Shown here: in pieces, positions 15,084 to 24,344 of the stretch
Position numbering within the stretch: position 1 is the stretch's first letter
How the letters are laid out: each line of letters starts with the position of its first letter
Source: a bacterium
GTDB lineage: Bacteria; Hinthialibacterota; Hinthialibacteria; Hinthialibacterales; Hinthialibacteraceae
Assembly: GCA_041946805.1 (NCBI GenBank)
Contig: JBHGBC010000077.1
Span: 1 to 27,723, forward strand
Length of the DNA: 27,723 nt
Direction of reading: 5' to 3'
Position numbers and translations under genes: made by a program
The notes under the pieces: model-generated
What the model was told of the DNA's origin: nothing
Database searches by the model: none
Seen by the model: the letters and a program-made list of their open reading frames with translations, nothing else

Positions 15084-16370
15084 ATGGCTGATCCAGAACC
15101 CCTCGCGGCGGCCTTATCGGTTTCGGAACTGACCGAGCGCCTGCGCCTCCACCTGGAAGAAAAGTTCGGGTGGGTGCAGGTGCGCGGGGAGATCTCCAAT
15201 TGCAAAAAAGCGCCCTCCGGGCATTGGTATTTCCGGCTGAAAGATGATGAAGCGGTGCTGGAATGCGTGGCCTGGAAAACCACGGCGGTGCGCTGGGGGG
15301 GGCTGGCCCTCGAGGACGGCGTGGAAGTGATCGCCAGCGGGAAAATCACGGTCTATCCTCCCCGGGGCCAGTACCAATTGGTGGTGACCGCCATCCGGCC
15401 GGCCGGCGCGGGTCTCCTGCAGCAGCGGTTCGAACTCCTGAAACAGCGGTTGGCGGCCGAAGGCTTGTTTGACGCGGAACGTAAGCGGCCGCTGCCCGCC
15501 TGCCCCTGGCGGATCGCGGTGATCACCTCGCCCGCCGGGGCCGCGATTCAGGATTTTCTCAAGATCATCCGGTCCTATTCGTGTCCGGTGGAAATCACCG
15601 TGTGTCCCGTCCTCGTCCAAGGACCGGAAGCCGCGCGGGAAATCGCGGACATGATCCGCAAAGTCAATCGCTTGGCCGGGCACGATGTCATCGTGGTGTG
15701 CCGGGGCGGGGGCAGCCTGGAGGATTTGTGGGCCTTCAACGAGGAACTCACCGCCCGCGCCATCTTTCAGTCCGATATCCCCGTGATCTCGGCGGTCGGC
15801 CACGAGATCGACTTCACCATCGCCGACTTCGTGGCCGATGTCCGCGCGCCCACCCCGACGGCCGCCGCCCAGTTGATCACCGGCCTCTTCGAGCGCCACC
15901 GGGAGCGGCTGCGCCTCCTGAACGACCGTCTGGGCCGCTCGCTCCTGCCCCGGATAAACCGGTTAAAAGAACGCCTGGCGGTTACTCAATCGGCCATCCG
16001 GCGCTATCATCCTCTTGCGGTGGTCGAACAGCACCGCCTCCGGCTGGACGATTTCCTCTCCCGCATGGCCCGCGCCATCCGCGCGGCCGTGGAGCGGGGG
16101 CGGCTGACCTGCGGATCGGGCCGGAAAGCCTTGCGCGTCGGCATCGGTCACGAAATCGGCCTGCTCCGGCAGAGAGTGGAGCGCGATAACCGCCTCTTGG
16201 AGAGCTACGATCCCGCCCGGAACCTGGCGCGCGGCTACGCGGTCTGCCGGGACGAAGCGGGGCGCGTGGTCAGCCGCATCGAGGCCGTCCGGACGGATGT
16301 CCGCGTGCGGATCGTGGTCTCGGATGGATGGTTCGGCGCGCGGGTGATGGAGGTAAACCGAAAATCATGA
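15084..16370 (+). CDS. xseA: Exodeoxyribonuclease VII large subunit
   Basis: LSVSEL, VRGEISN, SGHWYF, ITSPAGAAIQD, RGGGSLEDLWAFNEE, SAVGHEID and RAPTPTAAA. Confidence 0.97.
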   Translation: MADPEPLAAALSVSELTERLRLHLEEKFGWVQVRGEISNCKKAPSGHWYFRLKDDEAVLECVAWKTTAVRWGGLALEDGVEVIASGKITVYPPRGQYQLVVTAIRPAGAGLLQQRFELLKQRLAAEGLFDAERKRPLPACPWRIAVITSPAGAAIQDFLKIIRSYSCPVEITVCPVLVQGPEAAREIADMIRKVNRLAGHDVIVVCRGGGSLEDLWAFNEELTARAIFQSDIPVISAVGHEIDFTIADFVADVRAPTPTAAAQLITGLFERHRERLRLLNDRLGRSLLPRINRLKERLAVTQSAIRRYHPLAVVEQHRLRLDDFLSRMARAIRAAVERGRLTCGSGRKALRVGIGHEIGLLRQRVERDNRLLESYDPARNLARGYAVCRDEAGRVVSRIEAVRTDVRVRIVVSDGWFGARVMEVNRKS

Positions 16371-16609
16371 CCGGCGCAGCTCCGGAAGCCTTCGATTTCG
16401 AAAAAGGCCTTCAGCGCCTCGAGGAGATCCTCGCCCTCTTCGATCAGGGCGGCTTGACGCTGGAGCAGATGGAAGCCCATTTCGTGGAAGGAATGAGCTT
16501 GATCCGGAAATGTTCCGAACGCCTCGACGGCGTCGAAGCCCGGGTGACCCAGTTGCTCAATCTCCCGGATGCGGAGTGGCGGGAAGAACCATTCCGCCCG
16601 GAGGAATAA
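16367..16609 (+). CDS. xseB: Exodeoxyribonuclease VII small subunit
   Basis: FEKGLQRLEEIL..LTLEQ..F.EG..L.R.C..RL...E.RV pattern. ATGA overlap with the xseA stop, and position between xseA and ispA. Confidence 0.9.
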   Translation: MTGAAPEAFDFEKGLQRLEEILALFDQGGLTLEQMEAHFVEGMSLIRKCSERLDGVEARVTQLLNLPDAEWREEPFRPEE

Positions 16610-16738
16610 ACCGGATTCGTTCCGGGTATCCATATTGGAAATCCATTCCAGCTCCATCGGTTCCGGAACCTGATTTTTCCGGTCTTCCGGATCCGGACGC
16701 GGCGGGGGCAAATGCCCGTGTGACCGGTGGAAGCTTCG

Positions 16739-17713
16739 ATGACACACATGGAAAGTAAAGCATCAGTGACCCCAGTTTCTCCCATCAAACAATATCTGGC
16801 CCGGCGGAAGCGGGAAGTCGAGGAAGTCTTGTGGACTTTGTTGCCATCGCCGGAAGGCATGGCTTCCCGTTTGAATTCCGCGATGCGCTATCCCCTGGAG
16901 GCGGGGGGAAAACGCATCCGGCCCGTGCTGGTGCTGGCCGGGGCGGACTACTGCCGCGGAGTGTCCGGCGCGGACGCGTACGCGGGCCGGACCTGGGACG
17001 GCGCGGATCCGGAATGGAAACAGGCCTTGTTGACGGTGGCCTGCGCCATCGAGATGATCCACACCTATTCGCTGGTGCATGACGACTTGCCCTGCATGGA
17101 CGACGACGAATTGCGCCGGGGCCGTCCCACGTCGCATATCGTCTTCGGCGAGGCGCTGGCCGTACTGTCGGCCGACGCGCTCCATACCCTGGGCTTCCAA
17201 TTGATCTCCAGCCTGCCGGAACGGTTCGCCCTGCCAGCCATGCGCGCCGCCCGGGAACTGGCCGTGGCCTGCGGATACCCCGGCATGGTGGCGGGCCAGG
17301 CCGTGGATCTGGATTACGAATCCAAGCCGGGGACCGAAGAAATCCTGGAATACATCCACCTGCATAAAACGGCGGCCTTGATCCGCGCGTCGCTGCTCAT
17401 GGGCGCGCACCTGGCCGCGGCCACGGCCGCGGACTTGGAGCGTTTGGCCGCGGTGGGCACCAAACTCGGTTTGATTTTCCAAGTCATTGATGATATTTTA
17501 GATGTGATTGGAGACACGGCCGTGATGGGCAAGGACGCCGGCAGCGATGCGGCGCGGGGCAAATTGACCTACCCCGCCCTCATCGGCCTGGAGGAATCCC
17601 AGCGGCGGGTTATATCCTTGCAAGACGGTATCCTGGAGATCCTGGATCCGAAGGAAGACCGCTCCCGGGTGTTGATCGATTTAACCAACGAATTGACAAC
17701 CCGCCAAGCTTGA
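16739..17713 (+). CDS. ispA: Short-chain polyprenyl diphosphate synthase (FPP/GGPP synthase)
   Basis: GGKRIRP, FARM HTYSLVHDDLPCMDDDELRRG, GQAVD, HKTAAL, SARM FQVIDDILD and GKLTYP. Start is 16739 or 16748. Confidence 0.95.
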   Translation: MTHMESKASVTPVSPIKQYLARRKREVEEVLWTLLPSPEGMASRLNSAMRYPLEAGGKRIRPVLVLAGADYCRGVSGADAYAGRTWDGADPEWKQALLTVACAIEMIHTYSLVHDDLPCMDDDELRRGRPTSHIVFGEALAVLSADALHTLGFQLISSLPERFALPAMRAARELAVACGYPGMVAGQAVDLDYESKPGTEEILEYIHLHKTAALIRASLLMGAHLAAATAADLERLAAVGTKLGLIFQVIDDILDVIGDTAVMGKDAGSDAARGKLTYPALIGLEESQRRVISLQDGILEILDPKEDRSRVLIDLTNELTTRQA

Positions 17714-17814
17714 AGGCGGCGCACGCGGAGATAAACTTCTACTCTTTTGATACAGATTTTGATATAGATGACGTCGATTACATCATTTTTCGTAAGGAAA
17801 CTGGGTTGCTTCCT

Positions 17815-19719
17815 ATGGTCCTCGAGCGAATCAATAGTCCGGAAGACGTCAAGAAACTGGATCGCAAAGATCTGCCCCTCCTCGCCAAGGATATCCGGCA
17901 ACGCATCATCGACGTGGTCAGTGAAAAAGGCGGGCACTTGGCGCCCGGCCTGGGAGCGGTCGAATTGACCATCGCCCTCCACCGGGTGTTAGACAGTCCC
18001 AAGGACAAAATCATTTGGGATGTCGGCCACCAGTGCTACGGGCATAAATTGCTCACCGGACGGAAGGACCGGTTTGACACGCTGCGGCAATACCATGGCG
18101 TCAGCGGCTTCCCCCGCCGGTGGGAGAGCCCGCACGACCATTATGGCACCGGACACGCCAGCACCTCGGTCTCGGCGGCCCTGGGCATGGCGGTGGCCCG
18201 CGACCTCAAGGGCGAGGATTACAAGGTGGTGGCGGTCATCGGCGACGGCGGACTGACCGGCGGCGTCGCCTACGAGGGGCTGGATCACGCGGGCGACCTG
18301 AAGAAGGACATGCTGGTGATCCTCAACGACAACGACATGTCCATCTCGCCCAACGTGGGCGGGATTTCGCATTATCTCAACCGGATCATCAGCAGTTACT
18401 ACTACAACAAGACCAAGGAAGGCGTCGACAAGTTCCTCGAGAAGAGCATCGGCAATTCGCTCATGCGCCGGCTCCTGAAGGTGGAGGAAACCATCAAGTC
18501 GCTGATCGTCCCCGGCGTCTTTTTCGAAGAACTCGGCTTCCGCTATTTTGGACCGATCAACGGTCACGACCTGGACCTGCTGATCGAAACCCTGAACAGC
18601 CTGAAGGAACTCAAAGGCCCTCTGCTGCTGCACATCATCACCGAAAAGGGCCATGGCTTCGAACCGGCGGTGATGGATCCCGCCTCCTGGCACGGGGCCA
18701 AGCCGTTCGACAAGGTGACCGGCAAGCCCAAGACCAAAATCTCGAGCAAACCCACGGCGCCCGCCTACACCCAGGTCTTCAGCGACACGATCTGCCAGAT
18801 GGCCATGAAAAATCCCCGCGTGGTGGGCATTACCGCCGCCATGGCCTCGGGCACCGGCCTCTCCGCCCTGTCCGAACAGTTCCCCAAGCAATTCATCGAC
18901 GTGGGCATCGCCGAGCAGCACGCCGTGCTGATGGCGGCGGGCATGTCCTGCGAGGGATTGAAACCGGTGGTGGCGATCTACGCCACGTTTCTCCAGCGCG
19001 CCTACGACCAGATCTACCACGATGTCTGCATCCAAAACCTGCCCGTAATCTTCGCCATCGACCGGGGCGGCGTGGTCGGCGACGACGGGGCCACGCACCA
19101 GGGCCTGTACGACACCGCCTACCTGCGCACGTTCCCCCACATTGTCGTTTCCGCCGCGGCGGACGAGCGGGAACTGGTCCGCCTGCTCTGGACCGGTTTG
19201 TCGCATGACGGCCCCTTCGCGGTGCGCTACGCCCGGGCCAACGGCGAAGGCGTGGCCTGGTCTCCCGGCGAAGACTATCCCCTGCCCATCGGCAAGGGTG
19301 AAATCCTCCGCCAGGGCTCCGACGTGGCCATCCTCGGCTACGGATACATGGTCTACCGGGCGCTGGAAGCCGCGGACCTGCTGGAAAAAGAGGGCATTCA
19401 TCCCACCGTCGTCAATATGCGTTACGCCAAACCGCTGGACACGGAGTTGCTCCGCCAACTCGCCCTGGACCACGCCTCGCTGGTGGCCTACGAAGACCAT
19501 ACCCTCGTGGGCGGCTTCTCCAGCGCCGTGTCCGAAGCGTTGCACGACCTCGGGCTGGAGCAGGTTCCCCTCCTCCGCCTGGCCATCGCCGACCAGGTGG
19601 TCGAACAAGGCACGCGCGATCAGATCTTCGAGGAATTCGGCTTGCTGCCGCACCAGGTGGCCAAGCGCATCCAAATGTTCATGCAGTCCCGCAAACCGGC
19701 CATGCTGGTGGCCAAGTAA
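17815..19719 (+). CDS. dxs: 1-deoxy-D-xylulose-5-phosphate synthase
   Basis: GGHLAPGLGAVEL, WDVGHQCY, GHASTS, ThDP motif GDGG..LNDN, DVGIAEQH, IYATFLQRAYDQ and DGATHQG. Start is ATG 17815 or TTG 17806 (TAAGGA upstream). Confidence 0.98.
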   Translation: MVLERINSPEDVKKLDRKDLPLLAKDIRQRIIDVVSEKGGHLAPGLGAVELTIALHRVLDSPKDKIIWDVGHQCYGHKLLTGRKDRFDTLRQYHGVSGFPRRWESPHDHYGTGHASTSVSAALGMAVARDLKGEDYKVVAVIGDGGLTGGVAYEGLDHAGDLKKDMLVILNDNDMSISPNVGGISHYLNRIISSYYYNKTKEGVDKFLEKSIGNSLMRRLLKVEETIKSLIVPGVFFEELGFRYFGPINGHDLDLLIETLNSLKELKGPLLLHIITEKGHGFEPAVMDPASWHGAKPFDKVTGKPKTKISSKPTAPAYTQVFSDTICQMAMKNPRVVGITAAMASGTGLSALSEQFPKQFIDVGIAEQHAVLMAAGMSCEGLKPVVAIYATFLQRAYDQIYHDVCIQNLPVIFAIDRGGVVGDDGATHQGLYDTAYLRTFPHIVVSAAADERELVRLLWTGLSHDGPFAVRYARANGEGVAWSPGEDYPLPIGKGEILRQGSDVAILGYGYMVYRALEAADLLEKEGIHPTVVNMRYAKPLDTELLRQLALDHASLVAYEDHTLVGGFSSAVSEALHDLGLEQVPLLRLAIADQVVEQGTRDQIFEEFGLLPHQVAKRIQMFMQSRKPAMLVAK

Positions 19720-19858
19720 CAGATCATCCGGCGACGGGCATTCCAGCCGCCGGCCGCGGAACCTGTCATCAACCACTCGCCCTCAGGGAACCGAATACCG
19801 CCTGTATTCCCTTCCCAAGGGCTGTTTTATCCCTTCTCTTTTTGGAGGCGGACAAACC

Positions 19859-20686
19859 TTGCAATCCAAATTCCAAAATCCCTTCCAAACCGACCGCCGC
19901 TTGGAAGGCTTCCTCGGCCCGGTCCAACGGGTGGAAACCGAATGGATCCGGTTGATCGACGAAGTCACACACGAACAAACCGATTCCAACCGCTTCCGGA
20001 TGATCGCGCTCTTCGACGAGGCCGGCAAAAAGCAAGAGGAGATCAGTTTCAATCCCGACGGCACCACCGCCTACCGGGAAGTCTACCTGTACGACGAAAC
20101 GGACCGCCTGTCGGAAAAACGGTCCTGCGATTCGGGAGGCGCCGTCCGCTGGCGCTGGGTGTATGCCTGGAATCCCACGGGGCGGGACCTGACCGAAGTC
20201 CTTTACGATGTGGACGGTGAGGTTTCCAGCCGCGAGGTAATCCATTTCAACGAACTAGGTGAAAAAACCGGGGAGGACGTGTTGGGCCCCGGCGGCGAAT
20301 GGATCCAACGCAACGAATTCCAGTACCACCGGAGCGCCGAGGGTTTGGAGACCGTCCTGCTGACATACAGCCCGAAACAGGAACTCTTGAAACGCAAAAT
20401 CTACACCTGCGACACCGGCGGCCGTCTGCGGGAAAAGTCCATCTACCGGGGCAACGGCTTCCTCGAAACCCGGGAGCGCTACACCTACGATGCCGCGGGG
20501 AACGTCATCGAGGAAATCACGTACCAGCCCGACGGCGCGGCCGGTTTCCGCTACACCTTCCATTATCAATACGGGGAGCGGGGCGACTGGATCCAACGGG
20601 AAACGCGGGTCGGCCTGCACCGCCCCGGCGCGCCCGATCCGCTGCTCTCCGAACACGCCCGGCGGGTCCTGACGTATTACCCGTAG
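19859..20686 (+). CDS. Hypothetical protein with ~26-aa YD/RHS-like beta-hairpin repeats
   Basis: TTG 19859 follows GGAGG. Periodic units begin FDEAG, YDETD, WNPTG, FNELG, CDTGG, YDAAGN and YGERGD. The 5' part of track ORF 19142 overlaps dxs out of frame and is discarded. Confidence 0.75.
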   Translation: MQSKFQNPFQTDRRLEGFLGPVQRVETEWIRLIDEVTHEQTDSNRFRMIALFDEAGKKQEEISFNPDGTTAYREVYLYDETDRLSEKRSCDSGGAVRWRWVYAWNPTGRDLTEVLYDVDGEVSSREVIHFNELGEKTGEDVLGPGGEWIQRNEFQYHRSAEGLETVLLTYSPKQELLKRKIYTCDTGGRLREKSIYRGNGFLETRERYTYDAAGNVIEEITYQPDGAAGFRYTFHYQYGERGDWIQRETRVGLHRPGAPDPLLSEHARRVLTYYP

Positions 20687-20866
20687 GCGGACCGTTCACC
20701 GGAATTTCATTTTTCCCCCTCTTCTCTTGATCTCCCCCCTTGTATACACCTATTATTGACTATATAGGATATAGAAAAAGATCCGGGTGTCCCGCTCCCG
20801 GCGGAATTCCCCCAACCAATGATTTCCGCGCGCCACCCAGGCGCCGAATCCTGAAAAACGAGGCGA

Positions 20867-22453
20867 ATGATGATGCGATTCAAAATCCAATGGTGCGTAT
20901 TCCTGGCCTTCGTCCTGCTTCCCGTTTTCGCGCACCCGCAACCCGCGGAGTCGCCGGAAGCGGCGGGGATCACCCCCATTACCGGGGACTTGGCCCCCTG
21001 GCGCGACTACGGCGTGGACATGACGAACTTCGACAACGTGTGGGTGATCGCCCTGAACAACGGTTCGATCGTGGCTTTCAAGCGGGCGCATGATTTTCAA
21101 CAGCCGGGCGTGGTGGGCGGTTCGGAATTTCTGATCTTCGGCCCGGATGGCCAGAAAATAACCCCCACGCCGGTGCGGGGCAGCTTCGATTCCAATGGCC
21201 AGCCCACCCCGCTGGTCAATTACGCCGGCACCGGCCTTTCGTGGGGCGCGTTCACGTTGGGCGCCCGGCCCGACCGCGCCAAGGGGACCGGCTTCGTGGT
21301 GCATAACCAACTCGAGGCGGCCGCCACGTTCAGCCTGGAATTCGGCGACGTGATGGGTGACGATCCGTTCTCCATCGTGCAGTTTTTCGATAACGATGGC
21401 AAACCGATGGGCTCGCACATCAACGCCTTCGGCGCGCTGCTGGCCGAACCGGGATCGTACCGGGACATCGGCGCGGCGGTGCTCAGCAACGGCGACCTCG
21501 TGTCGCTGGGAGAAAACCGCCAGCAAAGCGATTCGTTCCTGGACACCATCGGCGCGCAGGCTTCCGAAGTGGCGATGGCCGTGATCCTGGGCAAGGACGG
21601 CAGCACCAAGGCCGGCCCCTTCGCCATGCACACCGGGGAGGACGGCCAATACCTGGGCAGCGGCTCCAGCATCGTGTATGAAAACATCGTGGCGTTCGAC
21701 GGCGGCTTCGTCGTCGATTACAGCCTGGGCATCCGCTGGTACAACAACGACGGCACCCCCCGCACGCCCGCGCAATCCGATCACGCCGAACTGGCCGGGA
21801 TCGAAGTGGTCCCCGAACTGGGCATCGCCTTCGTCGCGGACACGGGCGGCCGCGGCGACGGCATGGCCATCGCCAGCAACGGGAAGGATCTGGTCGTGAA
21901 AAGCACCACCCTGGGCGGCACGGACGGCCAGGTGGGCGTCTTGATTTATTACAACACCGACGGGACGGTGCGGAACTGGGTCCGCTTCGACGATGTGGAT
22001 GTCACCCTGGAAACGCCCCGGGTGGACCGCACACATTGCGACATGGATGAAAACGGCAACGTATTCGTCGTCTGGCAGGATGAGCGCTTCGGCGGCGACA
22101 TCGATGACAGTTACAGACAAATTTTCGGGCGGTTCTTCAACAGCCAGGGCGAACCGGCCGGTCCCAGCTTCCCGGTCTACCAGAATTGGAAAAAAGAACC
22201 GGTCACGGTCAACTACGGTACCAAGATCGGGGAATATCCCGCCGGCGACCATCAGCAGCCCCGTTGCGCCATCAACAGCCAGGTGGCCGCGGTGATCGAC
22301 GGAACCACCATCATGCCCGATCTGCCCGACACCGTGAAGCAGGTCTCCGACGCGTTTTATGATGCGCTCGGCGACGTCTTCGACGAAGCCGTGCTGCGGA
22401 TCTTCAAGAATCCCTTCGCCGCCACGCCCGTGGAGCATTGGGAAGTGTACTGA
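20867..22453 (+). CDS. Secreted hypothetical protein, probable beta-propeller, C-terminal TPVEHWEVY
   Basis: Sec-type signal peptide ending ..LLPVFA, strong GC3 codon bias, recurring aromatic-x-x-DG motifs, and an AT-rich promoter-like region upstream (about 20735-20780). Confidence 0.85.
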   Translation: MMMRFKIQWCVFLAFVLLPVFAHPQPAESPEAAGITPITGDLAPWRDYGVDMTNFDNVWVIALNNGSIVAFKRAHDFQQPGVVGGSEFLIFGPDGQKITPTPVRGSFDSNGQPTPLVNYAGTGLSWGAFTLGARPDRAKGTGFVVHNQLEAAATFSLEFGDVMGDDPFSIVQFFDNDGKPMGSHINAFGALLAEPGSYRDIGAAVLSNGDLVSLGENRQQSDSFLDTIGAQASEVAMAVILGKDGSTKAGPFAMHTGEDGQYLGSGSSIVYENIVAFDGGFVVDYSLGIRWYNNDGTPRTPAQSDHAELAGIEVVPELGIAFVADTGGRGDGMAIASNGKDLVVKSTTLGGTDGQVGVLIYYNTDGTVRNWVRFDDVDVTLETPRVDRTHCDMDENGNVFVVWQDERFGGDIDDSYRQIFGRFFNSQGEPAGPSFPVYQNWKKEPVTVNYGTKIGEYPAGDHQQPRCAINSQVAAVIDGTTIMPDLPDTVKQVSDAFYDALGDVFDEAVLRIFKNPFAATPVEHWEVY

Positions 22454-22494
22454 CCGCGGGCGGCCGGTGTGAAACAGGAGTGGAAAATGTGCCG

Positions 22495-22525
22495 GGGCGG
22501 GCTTTCGGGTCCGCCCTTCTCCTGT
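22495..22525 (+). terminator. GC-rich hairpin between convergent genes, probable terminator
   Basis: Stem GGGCGGGCT / GGTCCGCCC with a UUCG loop and pyrimidine tail TTCTCCTGT. An outer pairing ACAGGAG (22474-80) with CTCCTGT (22519-25) is also possible. Confidence 0.6.
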
Positions 22526-22608
22526 CCGGGGGGAACACGGACTTCTTTGCCATGTCCACGCCGGATGAATCCCTCGTACTCCGCGCCTCGCCCGTGAATA
22601 ATCCGGCC

Positions 22609-23589
22609 TTACTGGCCGGGCGGGACTTGTTCCAGGGCCGTCCGGTCCTCGCTGCGCGGCCACACGGCGTAGGCGATGCCCGCGACGATCACCGCCGCCC
22701 CGGCCCCTTGCGCCAAGGTCAGGCTTTCGCCCAACAGCGCGATCGAAAAGACCACTCCGAACACGGGCAACAACGTCAGGGTCAGGGCCACCAGCGAGGC
22801 CGGCAACCGTTGCAGCGCCTGGAAATACAGCAAATGCGCCAAGCCCGAGCAAAACACGCCGAGATACACGGTGCCCAGCCAGGCCTGGGTGGACATCTCC
22901 CCGATCCGGCCGAGCGTCCCCCGGGCGTAATTGACCCCGCCCAGCGACAGGGCGGAGAACAACGTGACGAAAAAGATCGTGTACGTCGCGTTGGAGCGGT
23001 CCACGAGGATCTTGCTGTTCACCGTGTAAAGGCCCCAGCACAACACGGAACCCAACACCAGCAGATCGCCGAACAGGTGGGGCGCGAAATGCACATCCAT
23101 GCTCCGGATGTCATCCAGCAGCACGAAACCCATGCCCGCCAGGGCGGCGGCGCCCCCCACGGCCGTCGGGATCATCAACTTTTCCTTGAGAATCAACACG
23201 CATAAGAAAATACTGAACACCGCTTCCGTGGAGATGATCAGCGACACGTTGGACGCAGTGGTGTACCGCGTTCCCATGTATTCCAGGATCATGGCCGTGG
23301 CGCAGGCTGCCGCCCCCACGAAAACGGCGCGCCGCCAGTCCGCGCGGGACCAGGCGGCGCTGTTCCTCCGCCGCCAGTAAAAGGGCAGGAGCGTCAGGGT
23401 GGCCAGCACCGCGCGGTTGAATCCAAGCAGGATGGGATCCACGGCCTGGTTGATGACCAGCTTGTTGAAGGCGAAGGTCGTACCGAATAACAATTGGGCG
23501 GCCAGCACGCAGAGCACGCCGGTGATCCAATGCCGGGTCCGCGCGGGAGCCAGTGAAGTTGAGACTATGGAGGTGGTGGATTCGTTCAA
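22609..23589 (-). CDS. DMT/EamA family transporter
   Basis: About 10 hydrophobic helices in two EamA-like halves (LILKEKL; GDLLVLGSVLCWGLY; YLGVFCSGLAHLLY; LLGESLT). The TTG start overlaps the HAD stop (TTGA). Confidence 0.92.
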   Translation of the reverse strand: MNESTTSIVSTSLAPARTRHWITGVLCVLAAQLLFGTTFAFNKLVINQAVDPILLGFNRAVLATLTLLPFYWRRRNSAAWSRADWRRAVFVGAAACATAMILEYMGTRYTTASNVSLIISTEAVFSIFLCVLILKEKLMIPTAVGGAAALAGMGFVLLDDIRSMDVHFAPHLFGDLLVLGSVLCWGLYTVNSKILVDRSNATYTIFFVTLFSALSLGGVNYARGTLGRIGEMSTQAWLGTVYLGVFCSGLAHLLYFQALQRLPASLVALTLTLLPVFGVVFSIALLGESLTLAQGAGAAVIVAGIAYAVWPRSEDRTALEQVPPGQ

Positions 23590-24344
23590 GGCTGCCGGGC
23601 CGCGATCGAATTGGATTGCCGATAGATTTCTTTCACTTCGTCCATGCTGGTCACATTGTAATCCGCCGACGGATCCGCTTCGGTAATCCGGCGGCCGGGC
23701 CGGCGCATCCAGGCGGTCTGGATCCCCAGGGCCTTGGCTCCCCGTATGTCCATCGCCGCGTGGTCGCCCACCATCAAGGCTTCGCCGGGCTCCACTCCCG
23801 CGATTTCCAATGCCTGGCGGAACATCCGCGCGCCGGGTTTGGACACGCCCGTTTCCTGGGAGATCAACACGGCGTCGAGATACGAATCCAGTCCGCAACG
23901 CCGGATCTTCATCCATTGGATTTCCGCGTTGCCGTTGGTGATCAGCAGGATGGGGATTTCCGCTTTCAAATCGCGCAGCACCGGCAGCGTGTCCGGATAC
24001 GCAAAATACCGCGCCAGCCATATATCTTGGAACCGCCGGCCGACGCGCTCCGCCAGTTCCTTGTCCGGAATGCCCAGTTGCTCCAAAATCTCGGCGCTGA
24101 TCCGGATCCACACCTCCACGGGGCTTCGGACATTCCGCAAGGGGGAATGGTCATAATCACCCCAATGCGTGTCATTGATATCCCAGAAGATCCGGTAAAT
24201 GGTTGCTTCCTCCACGCTGGGATACCGTTCGCGGATCCAGGGGATCACCTCGTCCAGGGATCCGCGCAGGCTGAGGGTGTTGTCGGTGAGCGTATTGTCC
24301 AAATCGCAAAACAGGGCACGGATCGGTTGCGTCATGGTCTCCAT
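23586..24344 (-). CDS. HAD-superfamily hydrolase, subfamily IA (YjjG/NanP-like)
   Basis: Motif I CDLDNTL, motif II ITNG, motif III KP and motif IV MVGDHAAMDIRGA. Start is 24344 or 24335. Confidence 0.92.
   Translation of the reverse strand: METMTQPIRALFCDLDNTLTDNTLSLRGSLDEVIPWIRERYPSVEEATIYRIFWDINDTHWGDYDHSPLRNVRSPVEVWIRISAEILEQLGIPDKELAERVGRRFQDIWLARYFAYPDTLPVLRDLKAEIPILLITNGNAEIQWMKIRRCGLDSYLDAVLISQETGVSKPGARMFRQALEIAGVEPGEALMVGDHAAMDIRGAKALGIQTAWMRRPGRRITEADPSADYNVTSMDEVKEIYRQSNSIAARQP

Noticed and set aside
16610..16738. Cluster of CCGG-centred palindromes (GGTTCCGGAACC, TCCGGATCCGGA)
   Set aside because: TCCGG and GGATCC words are common throughout this GC-rich window, and no coherent structure emerges.
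19142..19858. N-terminal half of the 514-aa ORF, suggesting a dxs frameshift fusion
   Set aside because: Low-complexity out-of-frame translation of dxs. dxs is complete, and a GGAGG-TTG start exists at 19859.
23590..24111. N-terminal extension of the DMT ORF
   Set aside because: It overlaps the HAD gene in another frame; the TTGA coupled start explains the real gene.
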